DNA from: Octopus vulgaris
Taxonomy: Eukaryota
Assembly (NCBI GenBank): GCA_951406725.2
Contig: OX597829.1
Span: 41,168,001 to 41,232,000 of the forward strand
Reading direction: 5' to 3'
Length of the DNA stretch: 64,000 bases
Shown piece by piece: positions 11,701-25,674 of the stretch (position 1 is the first letter of the stretch; each line of letters begins with the position of its first letter). The notes beneath the pieces are model-generated. The model was not told the origin of the DNA. It saw only the letters and a program-made list of their open reading frames with translations, and searched no databases. Position numbers and translations under genes: made by a program.

Positions 11701-14700
11701 TAGCTTTGCAAGTTTTAACGAGTTTTATAAATCATACTCTTATGCTGCATTAATTGCTGTTGTTGTTGTTGTTGTTGACAATAGTAATGATAGTGGTGTT
11801 GTGGTGATGGTGGTGAATATAATGATGATGATGGTGATGATGATAATAACAACAACAGTAATAATTGTGGTAATGTTGAGTAAGCCTGATGAGAACATCA
11901 TGGAAGATATCGAGCAAATATATCAGGCCGTCATTCATACAGTACTTCACTATGGCTGTGAAACGTGGCCTATGCGGGTGGTCGATCAACGAAGGCTGGA
12001 AGTCTTCGACAATGACTGCCTCCGGTGCATTCTTCACTGCCATCAGGTGGATCGAGTTCCCACCGCCAATCTTCGACTTCGCCTGTCTCTGCGGCCCCTT
12101 CGATCTGTCCTTCTGCAACGGCGCTTGTGGTGGTTTGGCCATGCATGTAGGCGTCCGGTGGGTGAACTGAGCCGTGATGTCCTTCTCCCAACTCCACTTC
12201 CCAATAGGTTACGATGATCAAGGAGGACCTCTCCGTGCCCATGGGTCCACAAGTGGTCGGCCTGTGCTGATGGAACCTTGACTGGCTCGCTATCTCCAGT
12301 GAACTAGCGCAGGACCATCGTGCGTGGGCTACCATGGTTCAAGATGCCTCGAGGGTGGTGGAAGAAGCCGACTCAACCCACCCAGGGTGAATGTCGCCAC
12401 AAGTACAAGTAGTAAGTTGAGTAAGCTCTGGTTTGTCCTGCTTTCAACTCTAGAGATAACTCCAGGTTATTTCTGATTATGCAGACCTAGGTTCAACAGA
12501 GTAGGTATTTCAGCAGTGACCATTCAGTGATTTTTTGTATATTTAGGAGGGCATTGTTCAATGTGTCCTTCTCTTTTTAAAACAGTAAGATGCAATTTGA
12601 GAGAGAGAGAGAAAGTGGTTTATCTGCTACTCCTGGCACAGCAAAAATGGTTCCCTCTTTGGCTAGCTTACTCTTTTACTTGTTTAAGTCATTTGACTGT
12701 GGCTATGCTGGAGCACTGCCTTTAGTCGAGCAAATCGACCCCAGGACTTATTCTTTGTAAGCCCAGTATTTATTCTATCGGTCGCTTTTTGCCGAATCGC
12801 TAAGTTACGGGGATATAAACACACCAGCATCAGTTGTCAAGCGATGTTGGGGTAGCCTTCTGGCTCACCAGTCACCCAGTCAAACCGTCCAACCCATGCC
12901 AGCATGGAAAGTGGACATTAAACAATGATGATGATAATGCTGATGATGATGATCCTGTAGTATAACATGATAATGTGATCATATTACATGTGGTGTGCAA
13001 TGTCAAAGTGTGATTATACTTTATACTGTACAGTAAGCTCTGTTGTGAGTGTGTGTTTATGTTTAAGAGAGAAAGAGTATTTGTATGTGATTTTTATTTT
13101 GATTATGTCATCTGTGTTTATGTAAATAAAATTGACAATTTTACACGCGATGTCAAAAATTTTGGTTGGTGTGTGCAGCAAGGTGACATGATTTGTAGCA
13201 ATGTTCTTTAACGTTGTCGGTAAGTAATGTAGAGGTGAATTTATTAGGTATGTAACCGAATAAATTAATGTGTTTCTGATAAAGTCAGGATATGTGAAAA
13301 ATCATGACTGACAGCATAATTTACTATGTGAATATTGTATTGAAAGGAAAATTGTGATATTTCACATGAGAAAAGCAAAGCACTTTAGAATTTGGCAAAA
13401 ATCCCTAATTTGTGTTCTATAAAGACAACAGAATTCTAACAATTTAGACACGACTTTTTGTTGAAGAAAAGTCACATGAGAAAAGCAAAGCACTTTAGAA
13501 TTTGGCAAAAATCCCTAATTTGTGTTCTATAAAGACAACACAATTCTAACAATTTAGACACGACTTTTTGTTGAAGAAAAGTAATTACTTTACAAACCAA
13601 TTTGCTTTGATGAACTACTACTGAACTAACTTTGAGAGCAATGCTGAGAAAGCCTCCCCAAATAAATATAAGGAGCCTTTTTCAAAACACAGACTGTTTA
13701 ATCAAGGACTGAAAATGCTTAACCCTTTCGTTACCAACCCAGCTGAAACCAGCTCTGGTTCTGAGTACACATGTCTTGTTTTCATAAGTTTTGAATTAAA
13801 ATCTTCCACCAAACCTTAGTCACAATTTATGTTCCTAATACTAGCTTAATGATAACTAAGTTATTTTACTAAATTCTTTGTTATATTTTAAGTAATTGAA
13901 AGAAACACAAAGCATTTCAAAATAAATACAGTAACAAAAGGGTTAAGGAGAAAATATTTTCATTTTATTTTAGTTATTCTATCTTTTCCAACCTAATCTA
14001 TAAACTTTACAAGCAAGTCTGACCAAAGTACAGGAACACACATACTTTTTGCCCAATACTTATAGTCTTCCAGAAGGAGAATTACCAATATTGTACCTTA
14101 CTGATGCCCACTGTGAACAAAGGAATCTATATGCAGTTGTTTGACCTGCTAAAAATAGCAGCCAAATTTTCCTTAACTCTTTAGCACTTAAACCAGCCAT
14201 ATCCGGCCCAAACATTTCTCCTGTTTTATGTTCAAACTGGCCTGATCTACCCTCTCATACCTACCCTACAATGTTATTCTAAAAATAGACAATAACATCG
14301 TCAGAATCTCAAAGCTATGAGATAATGCCTGATTAATTCAAAACAATATGAATAATTAAGTATTACATTTGGCAAAGTAATTTGAGTGCTAAAGGATTAA
14401 ATCACACCCTAATCAGCTTGAAGAGGAAAAGAAAATACATTTGATAATGTTGTCTTAGGTGTTAATATAGTCTTAGGTGTCACAAAAATGGTGGAAGGAT
14501 TATGGTTTTACTCTTTTACTTGTTTCAGTCATTTTAACTGTGGCCATGCTGGAGCACTGCCTTTAGTCGAGCAAATCGACACTAGGACTTATTCTTTGTA
14601 AGCCTAGTACTTTTGGTCTTTTTTGGTCTTTTTTGCTGAACTGGTAAGTTATTCTATTGGTCTTTTTTGCTGAACTGGTAAGTTATGGGAACATAAACAC

Positions 14701-15073
14701 ACCGGCATCGGTTGTCAAGTGATGTTGGGAGAATAGACACAGACACACAAACATATACACATGCACATACACATACATATATATATATATATATACGATG
14801 TGCTTCTTTCAGTTTCTGTCTACCAAATCCACTCAGAAAGCTTTGGTTGGCCCGAGGCTATAGTAGAAGACACTTGCCTAAGGGGCCACGCAGTGGGACT
14901 GAACCTGGAACAGTGTGGTTGGTAAGCAAGCTACATACCACACAGCCACTCCTATGCCTTTGTTGAACATTTGATCAGAAGTCTGATCAACGACAGACTA
15001 AACAACAACTGTACCTCACCTGCTCTAAATACTTTCCCTAATCCTTTCCTTCTCAGATGGTTCCCCTTTAGAA

Positions 15074-15140
<67 letters not shown>

Positions 15141-17767
15141 CACAACAACAGAAATTGATAAAATAGATGTAAAGCAATATTGATATCTTCACTCCTTAAA
15201 TAAGCTAGTATTTTCACTTCATTGTCTTTCAGCTTTAGACCTTCTAAGGTCTAGTCGGAGACTACAGAGCTACTCAACCATGTTCCAGTTCAAACGACAG
15301 ACGACAGCCAGCCAACCATACTATGAAGACGCTATTGTATACCAGCGACAAACAGAACGTCATCACCAATGTCATCTGTCTATCGCTGGTATACAAAAGC
15401 GTCTTCATAGTATGGTTGGCTGGCTGTTGTCTGTCGTTCGAACTGGAACATGGCTGAGTAGCTCTATGGTCTCCGACTAGACCTTAGAAGGTCTAAAGCC
15501 GAAAGACGATGAATATTGAAAATACTAGCTTATTTAAGGAGTAAAGATATCAATATTGCTACAGATGCAATGATACTTACAGCTTCAGGTAAATCACAGT
15601 CAAATTGCTGAGCAATACCTATTTGTAAGTTATTACCAACACTCAACTCAATGCAGCGTGTCAGCAAGGCTTGGTCAGCTTCGACATGATGTTGCCGAAT
15701 AACAGGGAACACAGTATCATAGACATTCTCCAATATATAACTGTTGTTTTTGTAGTTGTAGATGTCATGGATCAAACAGGAAAGAAAAAATTTCATTTAG
15801 TACATAAGCACAAACACTATATATATATATGTGTATACATACAGTTGAAAAATTTCATTATAGGTATAAATATACTCTCTATTCCTCTATTACTTGTTTC
15901 AGTCATTTGACTGTGGCCATGCTGGAGCACCGCCTTTAGTGGAGAAAATCGACCCCAGGACTTATTCTTTGGAAGTCTAGTACTTATTCTATCGGTCTCT
16001 TTTGCCAAACCGCTAAGTTACGGGGACGTAAACACACCAGCATTGGTTGTCAAGCCATGTTGGGGGGACAAACACAGACACACAAACATATACACACACA
16101 TGCATATATACATATATATGATGGGCTTCTTTCAGTTTCTGTCTACCAAATCCACTCACAAGGCTTTGTAGAAGACACTTGCCGAAGGTGCCAAGCAGTG
16201 GGACTGAACCCAGAACCATGTGGTTGGTAAGCAAGCTACTTACCACATAGCCACTCCTACACCTAAACCATAAACAAGTATTAAAAAAATGAAGAAAAAA
16301 GATGTTGAATCAAAATTAGATTTAATAAAAAAATTTTGTATTAAATCTAATTTTGATTCAACAGCTTTTTCCTTCATGTTTTTAATACTTGTTTATGGTA
16401 TATTTATACTTATAACAAATTTTTTCAATTGTTATTTTCATATTCTTAATACTTGCTCTGACTGATTTTTATGAATATGATGAATCTTTATTAGAAATCA
16501 TTTTTTCTCTCTTTTTGGATATCTCAAGAAGTTTGAATTGTTCCTTTTGAACTTATTTTTTCTCATATGTATGTATACACACACACACATATATATATAT
16601 ATATACATTTACATAAAGCAATAAAGTTAGGTGCATGAGATGAATATAGATTTATTTTTCTATACAATTATAGCTGTTTCATAATTTTTTCATATACGTT
16701 TTTTTTATATTTATGTATGCAAATTATACATACTCGTTTCAAATTAATTTAAATACTGAAAACTAAATCATCAGATCATTGAAACATCATATGTGTAACA
16801 CAATCGTTTTATTCTTTTACTGGGGAACATTGGTTGATGGATGGTGAGTAGGTAGATGTGTGAGTATGTAGAAAAGATTTTAAGAATAAAAATCCCAATG
16901 ATAAACAAAACTTTTGCATAGATTGCTTAATGTCACAGAAATATAACCCTAAATACTTTAGGCAAAGCTAAAATGAAAAATGACACAAAAAATTGATAAT
17001 GTCTATAGGTTCCTATCTTCTTAATTTTAAGATATGAATGTGAAAAGATAAAAGAAACTAGTAAGGAGCAACCTTAGGTATCACACTACATTAAATTTAT
17101 TTATTTCTTAGACTCCCCCTTGAAAAACTTCAGCAACAATTCTGATATAACGGAAGAATCTTGGCTTATGAAAGATCTACTTTACATAAGGAAAGTTGTC
17201 ATAGTATCTGAGGTAACTCAAGATCAGACATGCCAAGTAGAAGTAACCGTTACAAGAGTCCAGAGACACCAGCAATCACCTGGGTGCAATACGCAGCCAA
17301 ATATTTTGAGCTGATATTGGACTTCTTACGTGCCACCAACACGGGTACCAGTCAAGCAGCATTGGCATCTGTCACGTTAAAAAATAATACATATTGGTAG
17401 AGTGTATTGGATTAAAGAATTTTTTTTTTTTACCTTTCAATTGAAGAGTTCAGAACTGAGAGAAACCGGATATCATTCTGAATTAACCGTGGTGCACAAG
17501 CACAACATTTCTGGAAAATAATATTAGAAAATAGTATTTATTACGTCCTAAAATAATGCCTATAAACTAATGTGTGGATGTATTCAACAAAGAACAAATG
17601 TATGCATACATACAAGCACATACACATGTGGATACAAATCAAATTTTTCAGACCAAAAATTCCATGTGAAATGCAGCAAGATTTGGAAAGAGTGACAATG
17701 TGTGAAAGTTTACACTATATACTACATCTACTTGATGCCAGAAAATATGGCACACACACATTCATGC

Positions 17768-17818
<51 letters not shown>

Positions 17819-19434
17819 TATTTTATAATTACGAGTATAATTATAATTAGGGTTCAGCAAAGATTTGCTTTACCACATACCGAAGTTTAGAAATAGCAGC
17901 CAAAGAACCTTAGCTATTTCTTCTACTATCAGAAGAGACTCCCGGACAAAACAAAATACTCGAAATAACCCGTGTAGACAGAAAGGAAAAATAATGAAAT
18001 TCACTCGGTATTTAATTACCTATGGACGTGTTTCTGTAATCTAATACCGAGTGAATTTCATTATTTTTCCTCTCTGTCTGTGTGGGTTATTTCAAGTATT
18101 TTCTTTTGTCCGGGAGTCTCTTCTGATAGTAGAAGACATAGGTAAGGTTCTTTGGCTGCTATTTCTAAACTTCGGTATGTGGTAAAGCAAATCTTTGCTG
18201 AACCCTAATTATAATTATACTCGTAATTATAAAATATTGTTTAAGTTTACTGAAAAATGGTCCTTTTTCATGCCGAATTCTACTTGGTGGAATTATTAAT
18301 TACTAGTTAATTAATTAATTTTACCCTTTATTATTATTGATTATATATATATATATATATACATATATATATACAAAATAAGAAAATGGAGGAATAGATT
18401 TCTATCAATCATCAACTACTAGATAATACCAATTCATATAATTTATTAACTAATTATTTAGGAACATCCAGATCAAACAGAATAATACAGAATAAAACAG
18501 TACATATCAATGAGTAAGATAATACCATAAGAACAATACATATAAATATAAAATGGATCTTTATGTTGTTGCTGTATTTTATGTGATATTTTCCATCTAC
18601 TATATATTGTGAATAGCGGAATGCACATATTCTTTTATTGGTATTAATAATAATAATAATAATATTAATAGCCTTTTGTAATGTAATGCAATGAACTCTG
18701 GACTTTGTATATGTACACTTTGATGTGGATATGTGTATGTATGTATATTCTAGTATATTGATTTGACTAACTGTAACCTTATGTGTATGTATATTATGTA
18801 TATACTTATATATATGTATATGCAGGTGTATATACACTTATATGTATATGTATATATGTACATGTACTTATTCTTGTATATGTGTACCTGCTCTAATATT
18901 CATATTTGCACTTTATATCTTCATTTTATACTTCTATAATTGTACTTTATAATCTCTGATGAGGCCTTGAGATATATATATAAGTAACTCATTTATAACT
19001 GCATATTACCTTAATACATCTGACTAATATGAGCATAATGAGATACTCTTATCTACAGGCTGAAACAGCTGTAAGATCCATTTTATATTTATATGTATTG
19101 TTCTTAAGGTATTATCTTACTCATTGATGTGTACTGTTTTATTCTGTATTATTCTGTTTGATCTGGATGTTCCTAAAAAATTAGTTAATAAATTATATGA
19201 TTTGGCATTATCTAGTAGTTGATGATTGATAGAAATCTATTCCTCCATTTTCTTATTTTATATTATGAATTTGAGGTAAAACATTTTACCTTCGCCCATA
19301 TAATACAATAAATGAATTAATTGCATTGCAATTCTTAGCATTTATGTATTAGCCTTTCTGGATACTTTACTGGCAGTATATTGGATAAATGTTATCCCAT
19401 AGTGGGTTACACTCACAACCCCTATCTCACTTTG

Positions 19435-19470
<36 letters not shown>

Positions 19471-22400
19471 TTTTATTCTTTTACTTGTTTCAGTCATCTG
19501 ATAGCAGCCATGCTGTACCATCACATTTAGTTGAACAAATTGACCCCAAATTGAACACAAACATGCAAATACATACACACATACATACACATACACACAT
19601 ACACACACACACACATACATATTATATGACAAGCTTCTTTCAGTTTCTGACTACCAAATCCACTCTCCAGGTTTTGGGCAGCCCAAAGCTACAACAGAAG
19701 ACACTTGCCCAAGGTCCTGTGCAATGGGACTGAACCTGGAACCATATCGTTGGGCAGCAAGCTTCTTACCACACAGCCACTCCTGCACCTAGTGTTTAAA
19801 ATTTTTTTTTTACAAATTTTGACATGAATACAAAAGACATAAATATTAATCCTTGCCTTTCTTTTAATTTCTTGAATAATTATGTGAAATTCACCATGTT
19901 GGTGACTAATTAAGACAAACTTTCTGATTTTGGACTCTGTGCGTGTGTGTGTGTGTGTAACACAAGTAAGAAAAAATTTTTAAATCAGTTATAGACATGA
20001 CAAGAAGAATGAATGAAGGTTAACAAGATTAAATACAAGTGGATAAATGAATTCTGGGAAAGTAAAAAGAAAACAATATATGGAGGGAGAAATATTAATA
20101 GAAGCAAAATGAGGAGGAAAAAATTAAACATAAATATGAGAGATTATCATATTTATTACTAATGTGATAATATTATATAATAAGACAATCACATTATTGA
20201 GATAATATATTCCCTTCTTAAACAGGAAGTGGAGATATTCTTCTAACATCACTTCTTAAAGTGAAGACTTAATTTTGATTGGTGTAAAGAAACTGAAGTA
20301 CTAGTCTAAATATTCTGATAGTAGAACTACCTATTATTCTATTTCAAAAAAATGCAATTAAAAGTTTGGAAAATTTTAAAAACTGAGCCATTGTTTATAC
20401 AGTTTCACACATTATTGAAGAACAATAGCTGTATCACCTACTCTCCTTGCAAAGTTGTATTAAATGATGGTAAGAACACACATAACAATTATACTTCTCT
20501 TGGCTATATATTGCATATTAGTATGAGCTTTGTAACTCACAACGTTCCTATCCTAAATTATGCAATTGTAAGAAGAAATTTGAATGTCCTTTAGGAAAAA
20601 AATTCCGATCCAAAAATATTGTATATAATGTAGTATTATAACTAATCCACATACTTTCACTTACATAGGTTTCACCTATTCTCTTGTTAAATTCAAATTA
20701 CATGAAATATATATATATATATATATACATACACACACACACAGACATAGACCTACATACACACACACACACACTCATATATACATACATATATATATGT
20801 AAGAAAATTTGTTTTGAAAATGCACCTGAATTTGAGAAACTTGCAATTGTTTTTAAATGAACTTATTTACATACATGCCAAACTAGTTTCAACAATTTTT
20901 TGTTTATCAATAGTATAAACATATGGAAGTAAAAAAAAAAAAAAATTTTATTGTAAATTAGAAAATGTGTTTAAATAATATTAAAAATGATTGGCAAAGA
21001 ATATAAGAAATGTGGATTACCAAAAGCTCGGTCATATTGAGTTGAGAGTGAGAAAAAATAAGAAAAGAGAGGAGTAAACAACAGAGTTTTTTTATTACAG
21101 TTTCTGTCATCTTGTATGTGATTCTTTTTTCCATTGTGTACAGGGTTTTTTTGCCTGTAACGGAGTGTTTTGGAATCAGTGTACTTATAAGTTTTTCTGT
21201 GAACGGATCTAATTTTTGATTTGTTATAACTTTGATGATGTATTATTCTTTCTGGTGGTCAAGTTTGGCATTCTGCCTGGTTGACTTCCTTGTAGGGAAT
21301 GGTCATCAACTGTTCTGGTTGGTTGATTCTCGTAAAGGGTTAGTTTGTTTATTTTCTGAGGGTCCAGTTCTGATCAGAGATAAAATTTCATTGGTCTAGA
21401 GGTAGATGATATCAGCAACTGGAGTTTGTATGGCGATTTGGAGTTGTGATTTTGAAACCCAAAAGGAAGATGGTTACTAAAGTTTTTGAATTATGTCTGT
21501 TGTAACTGGTTGTTTTTTTGTGGAAAAATTGATTTTTTTTTTTCTTCTTTTTAGTGTTTTTTCTTCTTTCTAAAGGATATTTAGCTGTGGTTTATGTTTT
21601 TTAATGAGTATGCATTCCTATTCAATCGGAATTGGGTTGAAGTGTTTCCAGTGCATTGATAGAGAGGGAAGATTTGGTATTTTGGGTTTATATTTGTGGA
21701 GCATCGGTATTTTGGGTTTATATAGGTGTTGGCTAACAAGAAATTTCCTGGTCATGGGGTCCTGGATTTGTTGTCTGTGTATCATCAGCCTGACCCTCAA
21801 GGTCAAACTAGTTTGACCTATAGTCTCCATCAGACCCACCACATTTGAGGACATAGATTAAGTTCTTTGATGCACAAGTGATGTGATTTTTTTTATGGCT
21901 TGACCTGACTTAAATTTATATATTGAGCCCTCCAAGAGATAGACACAAGTCCCACAGTTAGAGCAATTGCATATTTTGACTACTGGGATTGCATTTTTGG
22001 TGGATAATTTGGCGCTGATGAGTAACCTTTTTAGGGATTGCAGTTGTCTCTTACTTTTAATAATCCTATATGTTTCCAGTGCTTTTTTTTACTCGCAGGT
22101 CATTCATAAGGAGGGGTATGTTTCGGTGGATGATGTATGCTTCCATGTTCCTCAAACTGTATGTTCATAAATAAGATAAAGTTTTAAGTGTGTCATGGGG
22201 TTTTCTTGTTTGCTGTAACCTTTGGCTGTCTATCATTTTTGCATGTTCTATTCTGTTTTTAATTAAACTAACCGGGTATTTTCTTACTAGTAATGTGTTT
22301 TTAAGTTCTTGGAGTCATTTATCTCAGGTTTCAACATTTGATACAATCATGCAAATTCTTCTTGCTAAGTTGAATGGTATATTAATTTTAGTATGTTTTG

Positions 22401-24751
22401 GGTGGCAGGAAAAGAATGGAAGATATTGTTTTTAGTCCATTGGTTTGAAGAAGATGTCGGTTTCAATTTCAGTATCTCTTTTTATGATTAAGAAGTTCAG
22501 GAAGGGTAGTTGTTTGTGGCTGTATTCCACTGTAAATTGGATATTGTGATTAATGCTGTTGATTAAGTTTTTAAATTCTATGACTTGCTCAAGGTTATGC
22601 GACCACAGAATGAAACAATCATCCATGTAGCATTTCCAGTTGGTAAGTGTTTTTGGAAGCTGTCTCCAAATTTTAGTCTAGAATACTCATATATTTGGAC
22701 TTCCAAGTATACTATGACAAGGTTAGCAAAAGTAGGGGCTACTCTCATTCCCATTGCAGTGCTTGATTTTTGTCTGTAGGTGTTTTCATTGAAGTTGAAG
22801 AAGTTGTTCAGTCAGGAATGTCATTTGGGAATTTTTCCAACTAGAATTGTATGGCTTCTGTTCCATATTTGTGAAGAATTGAAGTGTAGAGGTTTATTAC
22901 ATCGAATGAAACCAGAAGGGAGCCCTTGCTGGTTTTGTTTGAGAGATGGTTTAAAAAGTCCAGATCATCCCTTATAAAGCTTGGTATATGTTGGAGAATA
23001 GGTTTTAGGATGACATCAATAAAGTTACTGAGTCTGTGTGTCTCACACGAGGGACTAGCCACAATTGGTCTAATTTTGATATCTCTTGGGTGTGGAATAT
23101 TTATAACTAAAGAAGTTGATTTGCTATAGGCTTTGTTTATGGCTTCACATTTGTGGATTTTGAGAAGTCCATAAAAGTTTCTGGTTTTGCAGTCAAATCT
23201 AGTTAAGTAATCTCTCTCCTTTTCTGTTAAATCTAGTTGCAACTGATGAATAAGGGTAGTAGGTTTTGCCATCATCTTGGATTGACTGTAATGGTTGATT
23301 TTGTTTGTAGTAGGTATTGTCTTGAAGGCGGCAAGCTAGCAGAAACATTAGCATGACGGGCGAAATGCTTAGCGGTATTTTGTCTGCTGTTATGTTCTGA
23401 GTTCAAATTCCGCTGAGATCGACTTTGCCTTTCATCCTTTTGGGGTCGATTAAATAAGTACCAGTTACGCACTGGGGTCAATATAATTGACTTAATCCAT
23501 TTGTCTGTCCTTGTTTGTCCTCTCTGTGTTTAGCCCCTTGTGGGTAGTAAAGAAATAGGTTTGAAAGGGTTTTATGTGAAAGAATTATAATCTTCAGGAT
23601 CTCACATCTGGTTGGTGCCATTGAGTGTCCTGGTTTTGCTCCAGTTGGCCTAAACAATGGTTCCTTGGTTTTTGATGTATGGAATTAGTGCACTTTTTGA
23701 TTGTCATTCCATTAACCCTTGATCTGTTGTGAGTTCTCAGTTGTGGTGGGTTCTGCGTGGGGTTGTTGTAATGGTTATATCTTGTAGTTTGCATGTGTGT
23801 GTAGTTTCATGTGCTTTGTCCTTTGTTATAATATTGGCTAGAAAGGCGGCAAACTGGCAGAAACATTAGCACGCCGGGTGAAATGCCTAGCAGTATTTCG
23901 TCTGCCACTACGTTCTGAGTTCAAATTTCACCGAGGTTGACTTTGCCTTTCATCCTTTCAGGGTCGATAAATTAAGTACCAGTTACGCACTGGGGTCGAT
24001 ATAATCGACTTAATCCGTTTATCTGTCCTTGTTTGTCCTCTCTGTGTTTAGCCTCTTGTGGGTAGTAAAGACATAGGTAATATCTTGTAGTTTGGACAAG
24101 GTGGCCATTGTGGAAGATATGTCTTGAGCAGGAGAAGTTCCTATTTCTTCTTTGTCCTGTTCAAAGTCTTCATTACGTGGGATGTACCTTGGACATGGGG
24201 AGTTCATATTTCTTCTATAGTCCCATCTAAAAAAGTCGTTCATGAAGAAGTTACATCTGAAATGTGGAAGGTTCCTGGGGTGAGAGGGGTTTCTTTATCT
24301 TTGAGTGGGGGTGTTTTGTCGTGCGGTGAAGGATGCATTAGAATTTCCCATTTTATGACTATGATGAGTACTTGGTTGGTTATTCAAAGGTACCATGGAG
24401 AAGGTATTGATTATTCTTTGTCCCAGGTGGGCATTCAGGTATTTTACCGGTGGTGAGGGGTTCATGCCGAACAATGAAAATGAGTGCTCAACCACATTGG
24501 TGCATATATAATTTCTTTATTTGTGAATTAAGGCTACCATTGGTTTCATCTTAAGAAAAATAGGAAAATAACTTAGTGTCTTAACAATCTTTCAAGCCAA
24601 TCACATGGGAAAAAGGGGTTCACCTCCACTTTAGAAAAACCGGCCTCCTACATATATATATGTGTGTGTGTGTGTGTATGTGTCTATATATATATATATA
24701 TGTATACACACTCACACAAACATACATATATATATGTATGTGTGTCTGTAT

Positions 24752-24805
<54 letters not shown>

Positions 24806-24943
24806 TTTCTGCCAATCTTCACCTTTTCCAAACAAGATAATATTTCCCATGACCAGATATCTTTTCATGGAAGACTAGAAGTGAAGGACACCAGAATGGT
24901 GACACTTACTTTCAACTGTCATTCTATATCAAGGAAAGTGATG

Positions 24944-24979
<36 letters not shown>

Positions 24980-25507
24980 CTCATATATACATGTATGAAA
25001 TGCTTCTTTCAGTTCTTGTCTATAAAATCCAATTACAGGGCTTTAGTTGGTACAATACTATGGAGCTGAAGCAGAAGACATTTGCCTAAGCTGTCACACA
25101 GTGAAACTGAACCCAAGTATCATATGTTTAGGAAGCAAACTTAATATCACTCAGCCATGCCTAAGCCTCATATATACATGCATTCACACACACACACACA
25201 CATATATATTAATAAATAAAACATATGCATATATATATACATATATGTACGTACCTACCTCTACATGTATATATACACGCATATATGAGTATAGGACACC
25301 AAAAAAACGTCGAACACAATGAGAAACGAAAACATAGACACAAACCCATATATATATATATACATATATCATCATCATCATCATCGTTTAACGTCCGCTT
25401 TCCATGCTAGCATGGGTTGGACGGTTCAACTGGGGTCTGGGAAGCCCGAAGGCTGCACCAGGCCAGTCAGATGTGGCAGTGTTTCTACAGCTGGATGCAG
25501 TGTATTG

Positions 25508-25558
<51 letters not shown>

Positions 25559-25605
25559 ATATACATGTAAAGAGAGAGAGAGAGAGATGTACACTCCTAC
25601 CACAA

Positions 25606-25674
<69 letters not shown>

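Larger units (their letters stand above)
20780..24520 (-). mobile_element. Penelope-like retroelement (RT + GIY-YIG), decayed, interrupted by two family B SINEs
   Basis: RT pieces [46 protein letters not shown]; endonuclease piece [19 protein letters not shown]...VSQHL; GAAACTAGTT hammerhead half at ~20881-20890; boundaries approximate. Confidence 0.85.

Noticed and set aside
15318-15360. Hammerhead-like ATGAAGAcgct...agcg in the 15.2-kb foldback
   Set aside because: Lacks both the CUGA start and the GAAA box in either arm
17112-17212. Plus-strand exon-like segment (ttag...GTAACT)
   Set aside because: No recognisable protein similarity and no partner exons found
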